From a virus: a stretch of DNA of 64,000 nucleotides. Made by a program: the position numbers and the translations under genes. Position 1 is the first letter of the stretch, and the number at the start of each line of letters is the position of its first letter. Where the stretch lies: the IMG/VR virus record IMGVR_UViG_3300005337_000001, positions 96,001 through 160,000 of that record. One strand, given 5' to 3'. The notes below the pieces were generated by a model. That model had not been told where the DNA came from and did no database searches. It saw only the letters and a list, made by a program, of their open reading frames with translations. Positions 1 through 8,357 of the stretch are shown here, one piece after another.

Positions 1-315
1 GCGCGCGAACTTCTTGCGGTCGAGCGTGCCCGCCAAGTTGTCGATGTTGCCTTCCAAAAAGCCCCACTTCAACATGAAGCGTAGGTAAGGCAGACCGAGC
101 TCGCCGGCGAGCAGCCGGCGCACATCGTTCATCATCTCGACGAGCATCGAAGCGTTGCCGAACGTGAACTCGTGTTGGATGGGAACGATCAACAGCTCGT
201 CGTCCTTGCCTTCCCAGTGGCAGCCACGGCAGCGTGCAGTACTGCCAGCCAACACCGAGAAGTCGACGCTGGCGCTGCCACACTGCGGACAAAACTTGAC
301 GGTGTCGTTGGTCAC
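1..315 (-). CDS. Zn-ribbon protein, 3' end runs off the window
   Basis: Own translation: GTG at 315 overlaps the TGA of the upstream ORF (GTGA); MTNDTVKFCPQCGSASVDFSVLAGSTARCRGCHWEG has CxxC...CxxC; open to position 1. Confidence 0.8.
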   Translation of the reverse strand, partial: MTNDTVKFCPQCGSASVDFSVLAGSTARCRGCHWEGKDDELLIVPIQHEFTFGNASMLVEMMNDVRRLLAGELGLPYLRFMLKWGFLEGNIDNLAGTLDRKKFAR

Positions 316-740
316 AGATGGCCGCCAATCTTCTTCGTGATTCTTCGTGTCGATGCCAATTCTTCCTCCGCGCTACGCGCTACGTGCCGCGTCTTGAGCT
401 TGCTCTTGACCTGCTTCTGCATCACGGGTGCGATCGACATCGGACCGCGTGCCACCTCGTCCATGAGGTGCTTGATGTGTTGGTTCCTGTCGCTCTTCTG
501 GATGCGCGACAGGTACGGCATGAGCGTGTCGCGATAGACCTTGAGCGCCTCGTCGGCGGCGTCCTTGTTGATGGTTGCCTGAATGATGGCGCGCGTGCGC
601 GTGTACTCGACTTGGTCGCGGCGTAAGAGGAGTGCCTGTAGAACGTACGCTTGTACGGACCCCCGAGGAGGCGGCCTCCTCAGCGTCGCAAGCATCAGAT
701 TCGCTTGCGCCCAACCCTCGGGGGTATCTAGCCATTTCCC
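312..740 (-). CDS. -1 frame C-terminal extension of the tail assembly chaperone (GT-like product)
   Basis: ORF 312-785 has no convincing own SD/start; it is entered in frame by a -1 shift at GGGAAAT (GKWLDTPEGWAQANLML...). Confidence 0.65.
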   Translation of the reverse strand, partial: GKWLDTPEGWAQANLMLATLRRPPPRGSVQAYVLQALLLRRDQVEYTRTRAIIQATINKDAADEALKVYRDTLMPYLSRIQKSDRNQHIKHLMDEVARGPMSIAPVMQKQVKSKLKTRHVARSAEEELASTRRITKKIGGHL

Positions 741-2134
741 AGGGCCTCGGCTTTGAACAGGTGGCGTACTCGAAGGTCGAACCAAAACCAGTTCACCACC
801 AAGCTTCCAATCATGTGGAAGTTGAACTTGGCCACCAACCTGTACTTCTTCCAGAAGAGGTCGTTGTCCCAGTTCCCGTTGGCGTCATAGATGTCAGGTA
901 ACTGACGCTTGTTGATCGCCTTCATCGAAACCGAGAGGCCCATGATGGTGTAGCGGTCGGTGATGTAGCGCTCCATGCCAGCGTTCATCGGCTTGAGATT
1001 CTCCATCTCCTCGCCGAGCAGTCGCTTGATAATGAGGTCCTCGTCGCCGCCGTACGATTGAAACTCCGGCTCAAATTTGCCTGGGATGATCGGCACAGTC
1101 TGCGTCACACGTCCGTTGATGACCAGGTCGCTCAGGTCCAGGGGCGCGAGCCGCGCTTCGATGATCTTTTTTTGGTCTTCGTTGTTGAGCAGATCCTTGT
1201 AGATGGCGTTGCGCAGACGAGTGATGTCGAACTCGTCCATCTCGTCCAGGAGGTTCTTCTTTTCCTCGCCCGACATCGCAGCCTTCGTAACGCCAGCGCC
1301 CTGCCCTGCGACGCCGCGCTGCGCCTCTTCCGCAATGCGCTGGTCCTCACCGACGAGACCACGCTCGGCGCGGTCTCGTTCCGCGTTGAACTTCTCGAGC
1401 GCAGCGAGTCCTGCAGCTGTCTCCGCGCTGACCTGAGGCACGTTCTGCTGCGTCTTGGCACCACCAACCTGACGCGCACCAGGTTGCATGCGCTGTTGGA
1501 AATGCTGCGGTGCAATGAATTGGCCGCTGCGAAGCACACCGTACTTCACCGCCATCTCAGGCTGGTTCATGGCGACCATGTCACCTTGCCCCTGGCGGAA
1601 GGCTGGGTCTTGGCGCGCGGTAGCGGGCAGCATGTCACCTGGAGCCAAGCCGCTTGGCATGGCGGGTCCGCCCGCACGCTGCTGTTGCGGAGGCGGCACC
1701 AAGTGCTCGACGCCCGACACGATGCCCGCCGGCGCTGGCAGCCCAGCAGGCCGACCGAGCGCTGGCTCCGACGGCACCATGGCAGGGTCGAAGGAAGGCT
1801 GCGGCAGAGGGCGCATCGCCGCCGCCTGCGCCGCCATGGTCAGCCCGCCGACGGCTTCGCTGTCGAGCCGCGGGATGGACATGTCGGGACCACCGGCGAC
1901 AGGGTCGGTGTAGCGCGGGATCGGCGCCGGCCGGCGCCGCTCAGCAGCGCCAGCGGCGTACCGCAGCGCAGCTGGGTCGGAGATGCCAGGGTGTACGAAA
2001 GGCTGCGGAGCTGTGGGGTCGCCGCCGAGCCGCGTGGGATTTGACGGGTCCCTGCGCGTCGTCGTGGAGGGTATCCCCGGACCGCCAGGTGACTCGATTA
2101 TGGTGCCGCTACCGCCGTCTTCACGCTTCGCCAT
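728..2134 (-). CDS. putative tail assembly chaperone (G-like) with long Pro/Gln/Gly-rich N-terminus
   Basis: Start reset to ATG 2134 (SD GGAG); globular C-terminal part LAPLDLSDLVINGRVTQTVPII...; ends at an X XXY YYZ slippery site one codon before the stop. Confidence 0.6.
   Translation of the reverse strand: MAKREDGGSGTIIESPGGPGIPSTTTRRDPSNPTRLGGDPTAPQPFVHPGISDPAALRYAAGAAERRRPAPIPRYTDPVAGGPDMSIPRLDSEAVGGLTMAAQAAAMRPLPQPSFDPAMVPSEPALGRPAGLPAPAGIVSGVEHLVPPPQQQRAGGPAMPSGLAPGDMLPATARQDPAFRQGQGDMVAMNQPEMAVKYGVLRSGQFIAPQHFQQRMQPGARQVGGAKTQQNVPQVSAETAAGLAALEKFNAERDRAERGLVGEDQRIAEEAQRGVAGQGAGVTKAAMSGEEKKNLLDEMDEFDITRLRNAIYKDLLNNEDQKKIIEARLAPLDLSDLVINGRVTQTVPIIPGKFEPEFQSYGGDEDLIIKRLLGEEMENLKPMNAGMERYITDRYTIMGLSVSMKAINKRQLPDIYDANGNWDNDLFWKKYRLVAKFNFHMIGSLVVNWFWFDLRVRHLFKAEALGNG
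734..740 (-). other. programmed -1 ribosomal frameshift slippery heptamer G GGA AAT
   Basis: In-frame G GGA AAT GGC TAG; the -1 frame GGG AAA TGG stays open 140 more codons; same form as lambda G/T GGGAAAG. Confidence 0.7.
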
Positions 2135-2146
2135 GCATCTCCATTC

Positions 2147-2168
2147 TTGGCGTACACTTGGCGTACAC
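2147..2168. repeat. tandem 11-bp direct repeat TTGGCGTACAC x2
   Basis: Exact duplication directly upstream of the SD of the chaperone gene. Confidence 0.85.
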
Positions 2169-2184
2169 CAAAACAAGTAGCTAG

Positions 2185-2210
2185 AAAAAAGGCCTCGGTC
2201 AAGCCGGGGC
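2185..2210 (-). terminator. probable intrinsic terminator
   Basis: Minus strand GCCCCGG-CTTGA-CCGAGGC (one mismatch) followed by CTTTTTT. Confidence 0.55.
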
Positions 2211-2669
2211 AGAGTCTGAGACCAGCGCTGCCAGCAATTCCGTGGGGGAAATGCCGACAGGAACCTCGCCCAGCTGGGCCAGGACCAAGCCGGTGAGCCG
2301 CGAAACCGGACGCCACGGCTCCCATGGATCCACACGCAGCAGCAGGTGGGCGAGCTGCACACGCGTCTCGCCGAGCTCCACGCTGTGGTTGGGGATGAGC
2401 AGCTGCGACAGCGACTTGCCCTGCAGTAGCAGCAACGCGGTGGTGCGCTCGAGCACGAGCTCGGGGATGTCGACGCGCATCCACGAGATCCACTTGCCCT
2501 GCACGTTGGAGCGCAGCGCCGTCGTCTGCATGAAGTCGAATGAAGCGACCGGGTTGGGCCAGTCGCTTCGTCTCCAGATTACTTGTCCGGGACTTTTGAA
2601 AAGCCCTTCGGTGGTGGTGGGAGCGGTGGCTCCGGAGCCTTGATAATCCTGAGCGAGTACCTCTTGCAT
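2199..2669 (-). CDS. hypothetical protein (start uncertain)
   Basis: C-terminal part of ORF 2199-2798; plausible start MQEVLAQDY at 2669. Confidence 0.55.
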   Translation of the reverse strand: MQEVLAQDYQGSGATAPTTTEGLFKSPGQVIWRRSDWPNPVASFDFMQTTALRSNVQGKWISWMRVDIPELVLERTTALLLLQGKSLSQLLIPNHSVELGETRVQLAHLLLRVDPWEPWRPVSRLTGLVLAQLGEVPVGISPTELLAALVSDSAPA

Positions 2670-2836
2670 CGTGGACACTTTCCGAACTCTGAATCGCTGG
2701 GCGACGGCGGCACCATGTCGCCAGGCTTCAGCCCCGCGGAGAGTCCTTGTTCGAAGACACGGGTGCCGCCGCATGGATGCGTGCCAACGTGCGTACATGC
2801 GGCGGTGTAGCTTCCGTAGAGGGGGTGGGTTGGCAT
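2579..2836 (-). CDS. small CxxC/Pro-rich hypothetical protein
   Basis: 85 aa, GKCPRCKRYSLR...PPLPPPPKGF. Confidence 0.55.
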   Translation of the reverse strand: MPTHPLYGSYTAACTHVGTHPCGGTRVFEQGLSAGLKPGDMVPPSPSDSEFGKCPRCKRYSLRIIKAPEPPLPPPPKGFSKVPDK

Positions 2837-3120
2837 GACTTTTCTTTCGCGCGGTGCTCTTCCATCTTCAAGATTTCCTCGAGCACCTGCCGTTTCGACG
2901 GTTCACCAGCTGGCCCCTCGGGGAAAGAGAACTTGCCCTCGACCAGAGAGATTCGAATCGACTCCCTAGCAATGACGAGCAGGTACTTGAGCTCGCGCTC
3001 GAGGCGTTCATGGAAGTGCTGCGCCATCGTGTGGCAGCTCTCGCACAAGAACACCTCAGCGAAAAACTTACCGGCGCCAGGCGCTACGTCGGCTTTGCAA
3101 TTCAGACAGGGCAGGTTCAT
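2728..3120 (-). CDS. Zn-finger hypothetical protein
   Basis: CLNC...CESC; ATGA overlap with the upstream gene. Confidence 0.75.
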   Translation of the reverse strand: MNLPCLNCKADVAPGAGKFFAEVFLCESCHTMAQHFHERLERELKYLLVIARESIRISLVEGKFSFPEGPAGEPSKRQVLEEILKMEEHRAKEKSCQPTPSTEATPPHVRTLARIHAAAPVSSNKDSPRG

Positions 3121-3392
3121 CCGGTTTGTTGCACCTTGTCAGAGGTGCGTTCCCAAAGAGTAGACCACGCATCATCACGCTCTTCGGCCTCGGCGGGTAC
3201 ATAAATGATGCGCTTGATGAGCCTCCAGGGAATTACCAGGGCGCAGCTGTCCTTGTTCACTAGCGACAGAACCGAGCTGTCGGCGAGCGCGTTGGCCAGC
3301 GCCTTCCTCAGATCGGCAGCGCGCACGTTCAAGAATTGGAAGAAGTCCCCCTCTTCCGTCTCGATAGCAACGTCTTGTACTTCAGTCATCAC
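3117..3392 (-). CDS. hypothetical protein
   Basis: 91 aa, coupled overlaps on both sides. Confidence 0.7.
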   Translation of the reverse strand: MMTEVQDVAIETEEGDFFQFLNVRAADLRKALANALADSSVLSLVNKDSCALVIPWRLIKRIIYVPAEAEERDDAWSTLWERTSDKVQQTG

Positions 3393-3891
3393 GGGCTTTC
3401 GCTAAGCGCTCGATCAGGTCGCGCTTGATTTCTTCAGCATCGAGCCTATCAAATGTCTGTCCAACCAATTGGCGAGCGACGGCAGACAGATGAGAAGTCG
3501 GTGCTACTGCACCAACGACAAGTTTCCCGACGTCTAGCTTTACTACATCGCTTTCCTGCACACCTTGGTGGACGAAGTCCGCCTTCGGCAGCGACGTTTC
3601 AATGCGTTGCTCCTGCCTGGCGGCGATGATCTCGACAAGCTTCTCCGGGATCTCACCGTGATTCAGCAGAATAAATTCGACGAGCGTGTCGAACGCCACG
3701 CACAGAGTCTTGAGCTGCTCGTCTGCTTCGTCTGCACTCTTCTTGTGCAAGGCCCTAGCGTCGACTAAATCCTGCTCTGCCTTACGCGCCCACGTTTGAG
3801 CATCTTTCTCACGCTGCTGTGCACGTTGCAACAGCGTGTTGTTCGTCTGCTCTCGAATCCTGGCGGCACTATCTCTACTTGAAGAACTCAT
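3382..3891 (-). CDS. coiled-coil hypothetical protein
   Basis: Start reset to ATG 3891 (SD GGAG); heptad-rich N-terminus. Confidence 0.75.
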   Translation of the reverse strand: MSSSSRDSAARIREQTNNTLLQRAQQREKDAQTWARKAEQDLVDARALHKKSADEADEQLKTLCVAFDTLVEFILLNHGEIPEKLVEIIAARQEQRIETSLPKADFVHQGVQESDVVKLDVGKLVVGAVAPTSHLSAVARQLVGQTFDRLDAEEIKRDLIERLAKARDD

Positions 3892-4270
3892 CGAGCTCCG
3901 TCCAGCCCACAAGTGCAGCTGGATCTCTGGTTACGAGGATGCTGGTCGGCTTCTTGGCGCGTACGGCCAGCAGACTGGTGACGTCCGACTTAGCAATGGC
4001 ACGAGACACCAACGACAGTGGAGCGCGCAGCTCAGGCGGCCACTTCTTTGGGAAGTTGACACCAGGCGGAAGCGGGGCGTCTTGTTCCTGCCACTGCACC
4101 CACACAAAGCTTCGCACCACGCCGTTCTTCTGTTCGATCATTCGGAGCCAGGCGTTCAGGCCGATGGCCTTGTCCTGGTTCACCGTACCGTCAGAGTTCA
4201 GCGTACCCTGACGCGCGAACTCGATGATGGTTTCGTATTCGCCTTGTTCTAGTTGTAGTGGGAATCCCAT
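3875..4270 (-). CDS. hypothetical protein
   Basis: 131 aa, protein-like composition, operon position. Confidence 0.75.
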   Translation of the reverse strand: MGFPLQLEQGEYETIIEFARQGTLNSDGTVNQDKAIGLNAWLRMIEQKNGVVRSFVWVQWQEQDAPLPPGVNFPKKWPPELRAPLSLVSRAIAKSDVTSLLAVRAKKPTSILVTRDPAALVGWTELDEFFK

Positions 4271-4274
4271 GTGG

Positions 4275-4670
4275 TTACCTTCGCTGCAGCAGCTGCTCTT
4301 CAGTATAGCCGGCCAAGGCGTCGAGGATGCTGGACGGGGGCTCCTTGCCCTCTATGTAGTTGCGGATGGCGCGCGTACGCACCTTGGAAGAGATGCCGTA
4401 CCTGATGAGGTACTTGTTCAAGCGCACGAGGTACGCCGGCGCCCACCACTGGCCTTCCGACCTGAGGCCGATGTTGCGCTCCTCGCCAATCCCAAGTGCT
4501 CTGAAGAACGGGGCCTCCTTGCCTGCGCTCAGAAGCCCAGACCGTTCAATAGACTCACGCTCCTCCGCTAGTTTGCGCTCCTGCTCCTTACGCTTCCACC
4601 GTTTAGCTACGGTCATCTCACGTCGATGGTTGGCGTAGAAACGGCGGAACGTCCTTCTGGTCTTCATCAT
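4275..4670 (-). CDS. basic hypothetical protein
   Basis: 131 aa, Arg/Lys-rich N-terminus. Confidence 0.65.
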   Translation of the reverse strand: MMKTRRTFRRFYANHRREMTVAKRWKRKEQERKLAEERESIERSGLLSAGKEAPFFRALGIGEERNIGLRSEGQWWAPAYLVRLNKYLIRYGISSKVRTRAIRNYIEGKEPPSSILDALAGYTEEQLLQRR

Positions 4671-5550
4671 ACGGACGGATCTTCCCAGTGAACACGTCGA
4701 CCATCCTATCGACGTTCATGGCAAGGTCGTGGAGCGACCCGCTATTGTCGATGATGTAGTCGAACTGGTCATCGCCGTAGCCAGACAGTTGCGTCTCGCT
4801 GGCGTGCTGCTTGTCGACCGCTGTGTTGAACTTCGTCCAGCTGAAACGACGCACGCGCACCATCTTGCCGCCGGCGTCTTTGATGGCCTTGTACTCATTG
4901 AAAAAGCGCACGTCGGAGAAGACCACGCCCTTCAACGGCTTCGGCCAATTCTCAACAGCCTCGAACTCACCCTGCGGGTACTGCTGCACGAGCGGTATCA
5001 GCCCATCCTTGGCGGTGTACGCCATGGACTTATCCTTGAGCAGCTCGTGGGCAATGCGCAAGCCGTAGTTGATCCAGACGTCGCCGTAACAGTCGCGGCC
5101 CCACTGCGTGCCGAGCTGCTGCAGAGCATGACGCGGCGTGAGCCAGCCCCAGCTTTCGTAGTTGTTGATTTCTTCGCGAAGCTTTTTGAGATCGAACTCC
5201 GACATCGGCTTCAAGTCGGTGGCTGGTAAGTTGGTACCAGCTGGAGGACCGTTCAACCGCCTGTCTAACTCTTGGCTCAGCTCGTTGTACTTATTACGAT
5301 TGGCTGCGCCGTGCTCATGCCCACGCGGATAGCGTTTGTCTGGCGCGTTGCGGCTGTCGCTCGGACCCCACAGCTGGTCGTCGCTGAAGTCGAAGACCTC
5401 GCGGCAGATACGCTTCAACGGGTCGGCCAGGCCGATGCGGACGAAGCCGTGCTTGCTGATAAGCACCTCGGCAGTAGCGTCCTTGCCAGCGCCGATGGTC
5501 TGCCTCGAGCCAGCTTCATCACGATGTAACCCTGTGATACCTACGATCAT
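4618..5550 (-). CDS. deoxynucleoside monophosphate kinase (T4 gp1-like)
   Basis: Start ATG 5550 (SD GAGGAG); MIVGITG...GAGKD P-loop, LADPLK, TPRHALQQLGTQWGR, VVFSDVRFFNE, HASE, IIDNSGS motifs. Confidence 0.9.
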   Translation of the reverse strand: MIVGITGLHRDEAGSRQTIGAGKDATAEVLISKHGFVRIGLADPLKRICREVFDFSDDQLWGPSDSRNAPDKRYPRGHEHGAANRNKYNELSQELDRRLNGPPAGTNLPATDLKPMSEFDLKKLREEINNYESWGWLTPRHALQQLGTQWGRDCYGDVWINYGLRIAHELLKDKSMAYTAKDGLIPLVQQYPQGEFEAVENWPKPLKGVVFSDVRFFNEYKAIKDAGGKMVRVRRFSWTKFNTAVDKQHASETQLSGYGDDQFDYIIDNSGSLHDLAMNVDRMVDVFTGKIRPYDEDQKDVPPFLRQPST

Positions 5551-5843
5551 AAAACTCCTCGCTTCTCGAGCACCTCTTTCACGAAGGCTCGAGCGTAATC
5601 TTTTGTACAACCACGCGTTCCCTGACGCAGCACACCGGCTACGTCGTACAACTTCTCGTGCTCCCCGTCTGCCCACTTTGCCACAAGCTTGAAGGCGTTG
5701 CCCTGCCCGGTGGGCGCGATGCGCACCTCGGCCTTGGTGGCAATCTTCAACCAGGGTAGCCAGGCTGCGAACCTTCGTCGCAATTGTTGCAGCACCTGCT
5801 CTTGGTAGGGCATATTGGACACGTGGACCAAGAGTACATCCAT
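5547..5843 (-). CDS. hypothetical protein
   Basis: Start reset to ATG 5843 (SD AGGAG); ATGA overlap with the kinase gene. Confidence 0.7.
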   Translation of the reverse strand: MDVLLVHVSNMPYQEQVLQQLRRRFAAWLPWLKIATKAEVRIAPTGQGNAFKLVAKWADGEHEKLYDVAGVLRQGTRGCTKDYARAFVKEVLEKRGVL

Positions 5844-6254
5844 GGCTCCTACTTCATCCATGAAGAACTACTTCGGCGTTGCGCTACGCTCACCGACCGC
5901 GTCACACAGATGTTCCGGAAGGACAAGCGCATCTACCCGACGCTGCTCATCTGGCCCTCCGACTCAGTGAAAGCTGTCGACGGCACGCAATTCACCGGAG
6001 TTATCTTCACCGAGCTCTCTGAAGACCCGACTCTGCGCAAGGAGGAGATCAAGAACTCCATCCTCAGCACCGCCGCTTTCGCCGCGCTCGTCACTGAGCA
6101 GCTCGAGACCGACATCCGCATGATCTTCGAGAGCGGACACGGTACGAGGACCTGGAGACTCCCCATCAGAAACCACGGGGACATCCAGATCCTCGGCCGT
6201 GCCGTGCAGCGCGACAACGCCGAGAGCATCGGCGTGTTGTGGAAAGCGAACTAA
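5823..6254 (+). CDS. hypothetical protein (start uncertain: GTG 5823 or ATG 5910)
   Basis: ORF 5784-6254; protein-like from FIHEELLRRC onward. Confidence 0.65.
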   Translation: MDQEYIHGSYFIHEELLRRCATLTDRVTQMFRKDKRIYPTLLIWPSDSVKAVDGTQFTGVIFTELSEDPTLRKEEIKNSILSTAAFAALVTEQLETDIRMIFESGHGTRTWRLPIRNHGDIQILGRAVQRDNAESIGVLWKAN

Positions 6255-7096
6255 CCTTCGGGATTCGCCTGCGTCGTACGAGCCAGGCGCAGTTGCTCCT
6301 GCTCTTCTTCACTGAGGTCGTTCTCGTCCTGCGAGCCATTCGCCGGCGGCTCTGCCGGGGCAGGTGGGCTGGCCTTGGCCCTTGTGCCCTTCTTCGATCC
6401 CTTCTTGCGACCCGCCGGCGCTGTGGCGGAGGCAGGCGCATCGTCACTGAGGCGTGGCGCCATGATTTCTTGGTCGATGATTCTGACCGCTCGAGTCATG
6501 GCGCCCGTGGCTACACCCACGTCATGCTCGAGCTGTGCTTTTGGGAAGAGACGCTTCGCAGTCTCCATCGCCTTGAGCGCCTCGGCAGCGGTGCTGATGA
6601 CCTGGCCCATCTCCAGCACGACGTTGCTCTTCGGTGCGGGGTGCGCGCTCTTCAGCGGGTTCCCTTTGACTACCGCATCTTTCTTTTGATCTTCTACGAC
6701 CTCCGGAGTTGAGCCGCCTTGGTCGCCCTCCGCTGAAGCCGCCGGCTTCGAGCGCCTCGTCTTCTTCGCAGCCTTCTTGGCCACTGCTTTCTTCGGAGCA
6801 GCGGCAGCCACAGGCTTGGCCGCTTTGGCTCGCGCAGCCTTGGGCTTCGTCGCCGCTTTCTTCGCGGCTTTCTTTGCCGCCTTCTTGGCAGCCTTCTTCG
6901 CGCGCGGCGCCTTGGTCTTCGGCGCATCCTCTACGCCGAAATGCTTTCGCACCATGGCGCGGGCCTTTTCCTTGTCGCCTTCGCTGAGCTCCTGCGTCTT
7001 ACCGATAGCACGCATGGCGCCGACGGGGGCTTCGTACTCGCCGTTCTTGAGCTTCTGCTTGATGGTGTCGAGGGTGAATTTCTTGTAGTTGCTCAT
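6251..7096 (-). CDS. histone H1-like Lys/Ala-rich DNA-binding protein
   Basis: KKAAKKAAKKAAKKAATKPKAARAKAAKP tract flanked by small globular segments. Confidence 0.7.
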   Translation of the reverse strand: MSNYKKFTLDTIKQKLKNGEYEAPVGAMRAIGKTQELSEGDKEKARAMVRKHFGVEDAPKTKAPRAKKAAKKAAKKAAKKAATKPKAARAKAAKPVAAAAPKKAVAKKAAKKTRRSKPAASAEGDQGGSTPEVVEDQKKDAVVKGNPLKSAHPAPKSNVVLEMGQVISTAAEALKAMETAKRLFPKAQLEHDVGVATGAMTRAVRIIDQEIMAPRLSDDAPASATAPAGRKKGSKKGTRAKASPPAPAEPPANGSQDENDLSEEEQEQLRLARTTQANPEG

Positions 7097-7518
7097 GTAG
7101 TTCCTGCTTTTTCTCTCAGCGTTCGCCGCGTTGGTACTACGGCCTCAAAATACTCGTAAAGTTTGTTGAACGTGCCCGGGTCGCTAGGTCTGCCAGTCTT
7201 CTCGTCGACGGGCAACATGCCGGCCGAAGTTTCAATGCAGTCGAGGAGCTCGCGCGTGTCGTAGTGCAGCTCTACCTTGCCATCGAGTGAAGGCATGATC
7301 GAGACGATGGGCACGAAGCCCAAGACCATCTTGTCCATCAAGAACCAGAGCAGGTCGCGGCCACCGCCTAGCTCATAGCCCTCGAAGTCATCCTCCGGTA
7401 CGGGCACGTACGCCATACCGTCGACATCCCACTTGTAGTAGAAGAACCAGCTCTTGGTGTCACCGCCGGTGGCGGGAGCCGGGTCTACGGAGTTCATGGA
7501 GTAGATGAAGTGGTTCAT
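7093..7518 (-). CDS. hypothetical protein
   Basis: Start reset to ATG 7518 (MNHFIYSM). Confidence 0.7.
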   Translation of the reverse strand: MNHFIYSMNSVDPAPATGGDTKSWFFYYKWDVDGMAYVPVPEDDFEGYELGGGRDLLWFLMDKMVLGFVPIVSIMPSLDGKVELHYDTRELLDCIETSAGMLPVDEKTGRPSDPGTFNKLYEYFEAVVPTRRTLREKAGTT

Positions 7519-7556
7519 GGTTGTATACTGGGGTGGTTCATCACAGAGGAGCAAGC

Positions 7557-8285
7557 ATGCCGAACACATTGACGGGGAGCAAGCGTCTTGAAGTAGCCGA
7601 CCTCATGAATTCGTCCGTCATCCTGTCGGAATACGACGAAGACAGCCAAAGGGAGTACTTCGGCAGCCTGGCGCACATGTACGTAGGGGCTAAGGTTGGA
7701 GACGAGAAGTTCAAAGAGATATGCCAAGGTCGCGCTGAAGCGCCGGCTGCCGCTGGTCACCTCTTCAGTACTTGCGGAGAGTGGGCGCAGTTCCTGCTCG
7801 AGCGCGCCGGCTACCGCGGGCCAATATTGAACCGTGATCTGTGGTACGCGGGGCAGAAAAGCCAAGCGTGGCAGGACGGTAAGAACATCGAGTACCTGTT
7901 CAGTCGTGCGCGCAAGGCCGGCGCATTCTCCGAGTACCTGTTGAGCAAACAAAAGAGCAAGCGACCGCAGTGCGGCGACATCTGCTACATCGCGGTTCAA
8001 GGCCAACCGTCGACGGAACACGTCTTCATGTTCGAAGGTAACGACCCGCTGGACGGTTCGACTTACGAACTGTGGACCAGCTTCGACGGTGGTCAAGGCG
8101 GCCTCACTACCCAGCACATCGCCGAGTGTCATCGAATGTTCAAGGACGGCATCCTGTACGGCGCCCACCAAGATGCGAACGGGCGCTGGTTGCCCGCAGG
8201 TGAAGGCAGGCCGCTCATCGGCTGGCTCAACATCGCGCTGCTCGAGTTCACAGCACCGGCAAACCTCATCGTGCCGTCGGCATAA
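7557..8285 (+). CDS. CHAP/NlpC-P60-like cysteine amidase/peptidase (putative cell-wall hydrolase)
   Basis: SD GAGGAG; TCGEWAQFLL (Cys), PQCGDICYI, TEHVFMF (His), WTSFDGGQG match the papain-like CHAP layout. Confidence 0.6.
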   Translation: MPNTLTGSKRLEVADLMNSSVILSEYDEDSQREYFGSLAHMYVGAKVGDEKFKEICQGRAEAPAAAGHLFSTCGEWAQFLLERAGYRGPILNRDLWYAGQKSQAWQDGKNIEYLFSRARKAGAFSEYLLSKQKSKRPQCGDICYIAVQGQPSTEHVFMFEGNDPLDGSTYELWTSFDGGQGGLTTQHIAECHRMFKDGILYGAHQDANGRWLPAGEGRPLIGWLNIALLEFTAPANLIVPSA

Positions 8286-8310
8286 GAGAGACAGCAACAC
8301 GTCTGCGCGC

Positions 8311-8346
8311 AAGGGCTGTCGGTAACACGGCGGCCCTTTTCATTTC
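8311..8346 (+). terminator. hairpin followed by U-rich tail
   Basis: AAGGGCTGTCG-GTAACA-CGGCGGCCCTT then TTCATTT. Confidence 0.55.
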
Positions 8347-8357
8347 TGGAGGACACG

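Noticed and set aside
8282-8290. ATAAGAGAG as a third copy of the GATAAGA motif
   Set aside because: It includes the TAA stop of the upstream gene and lies before a terminator-like hairpin; may be chance
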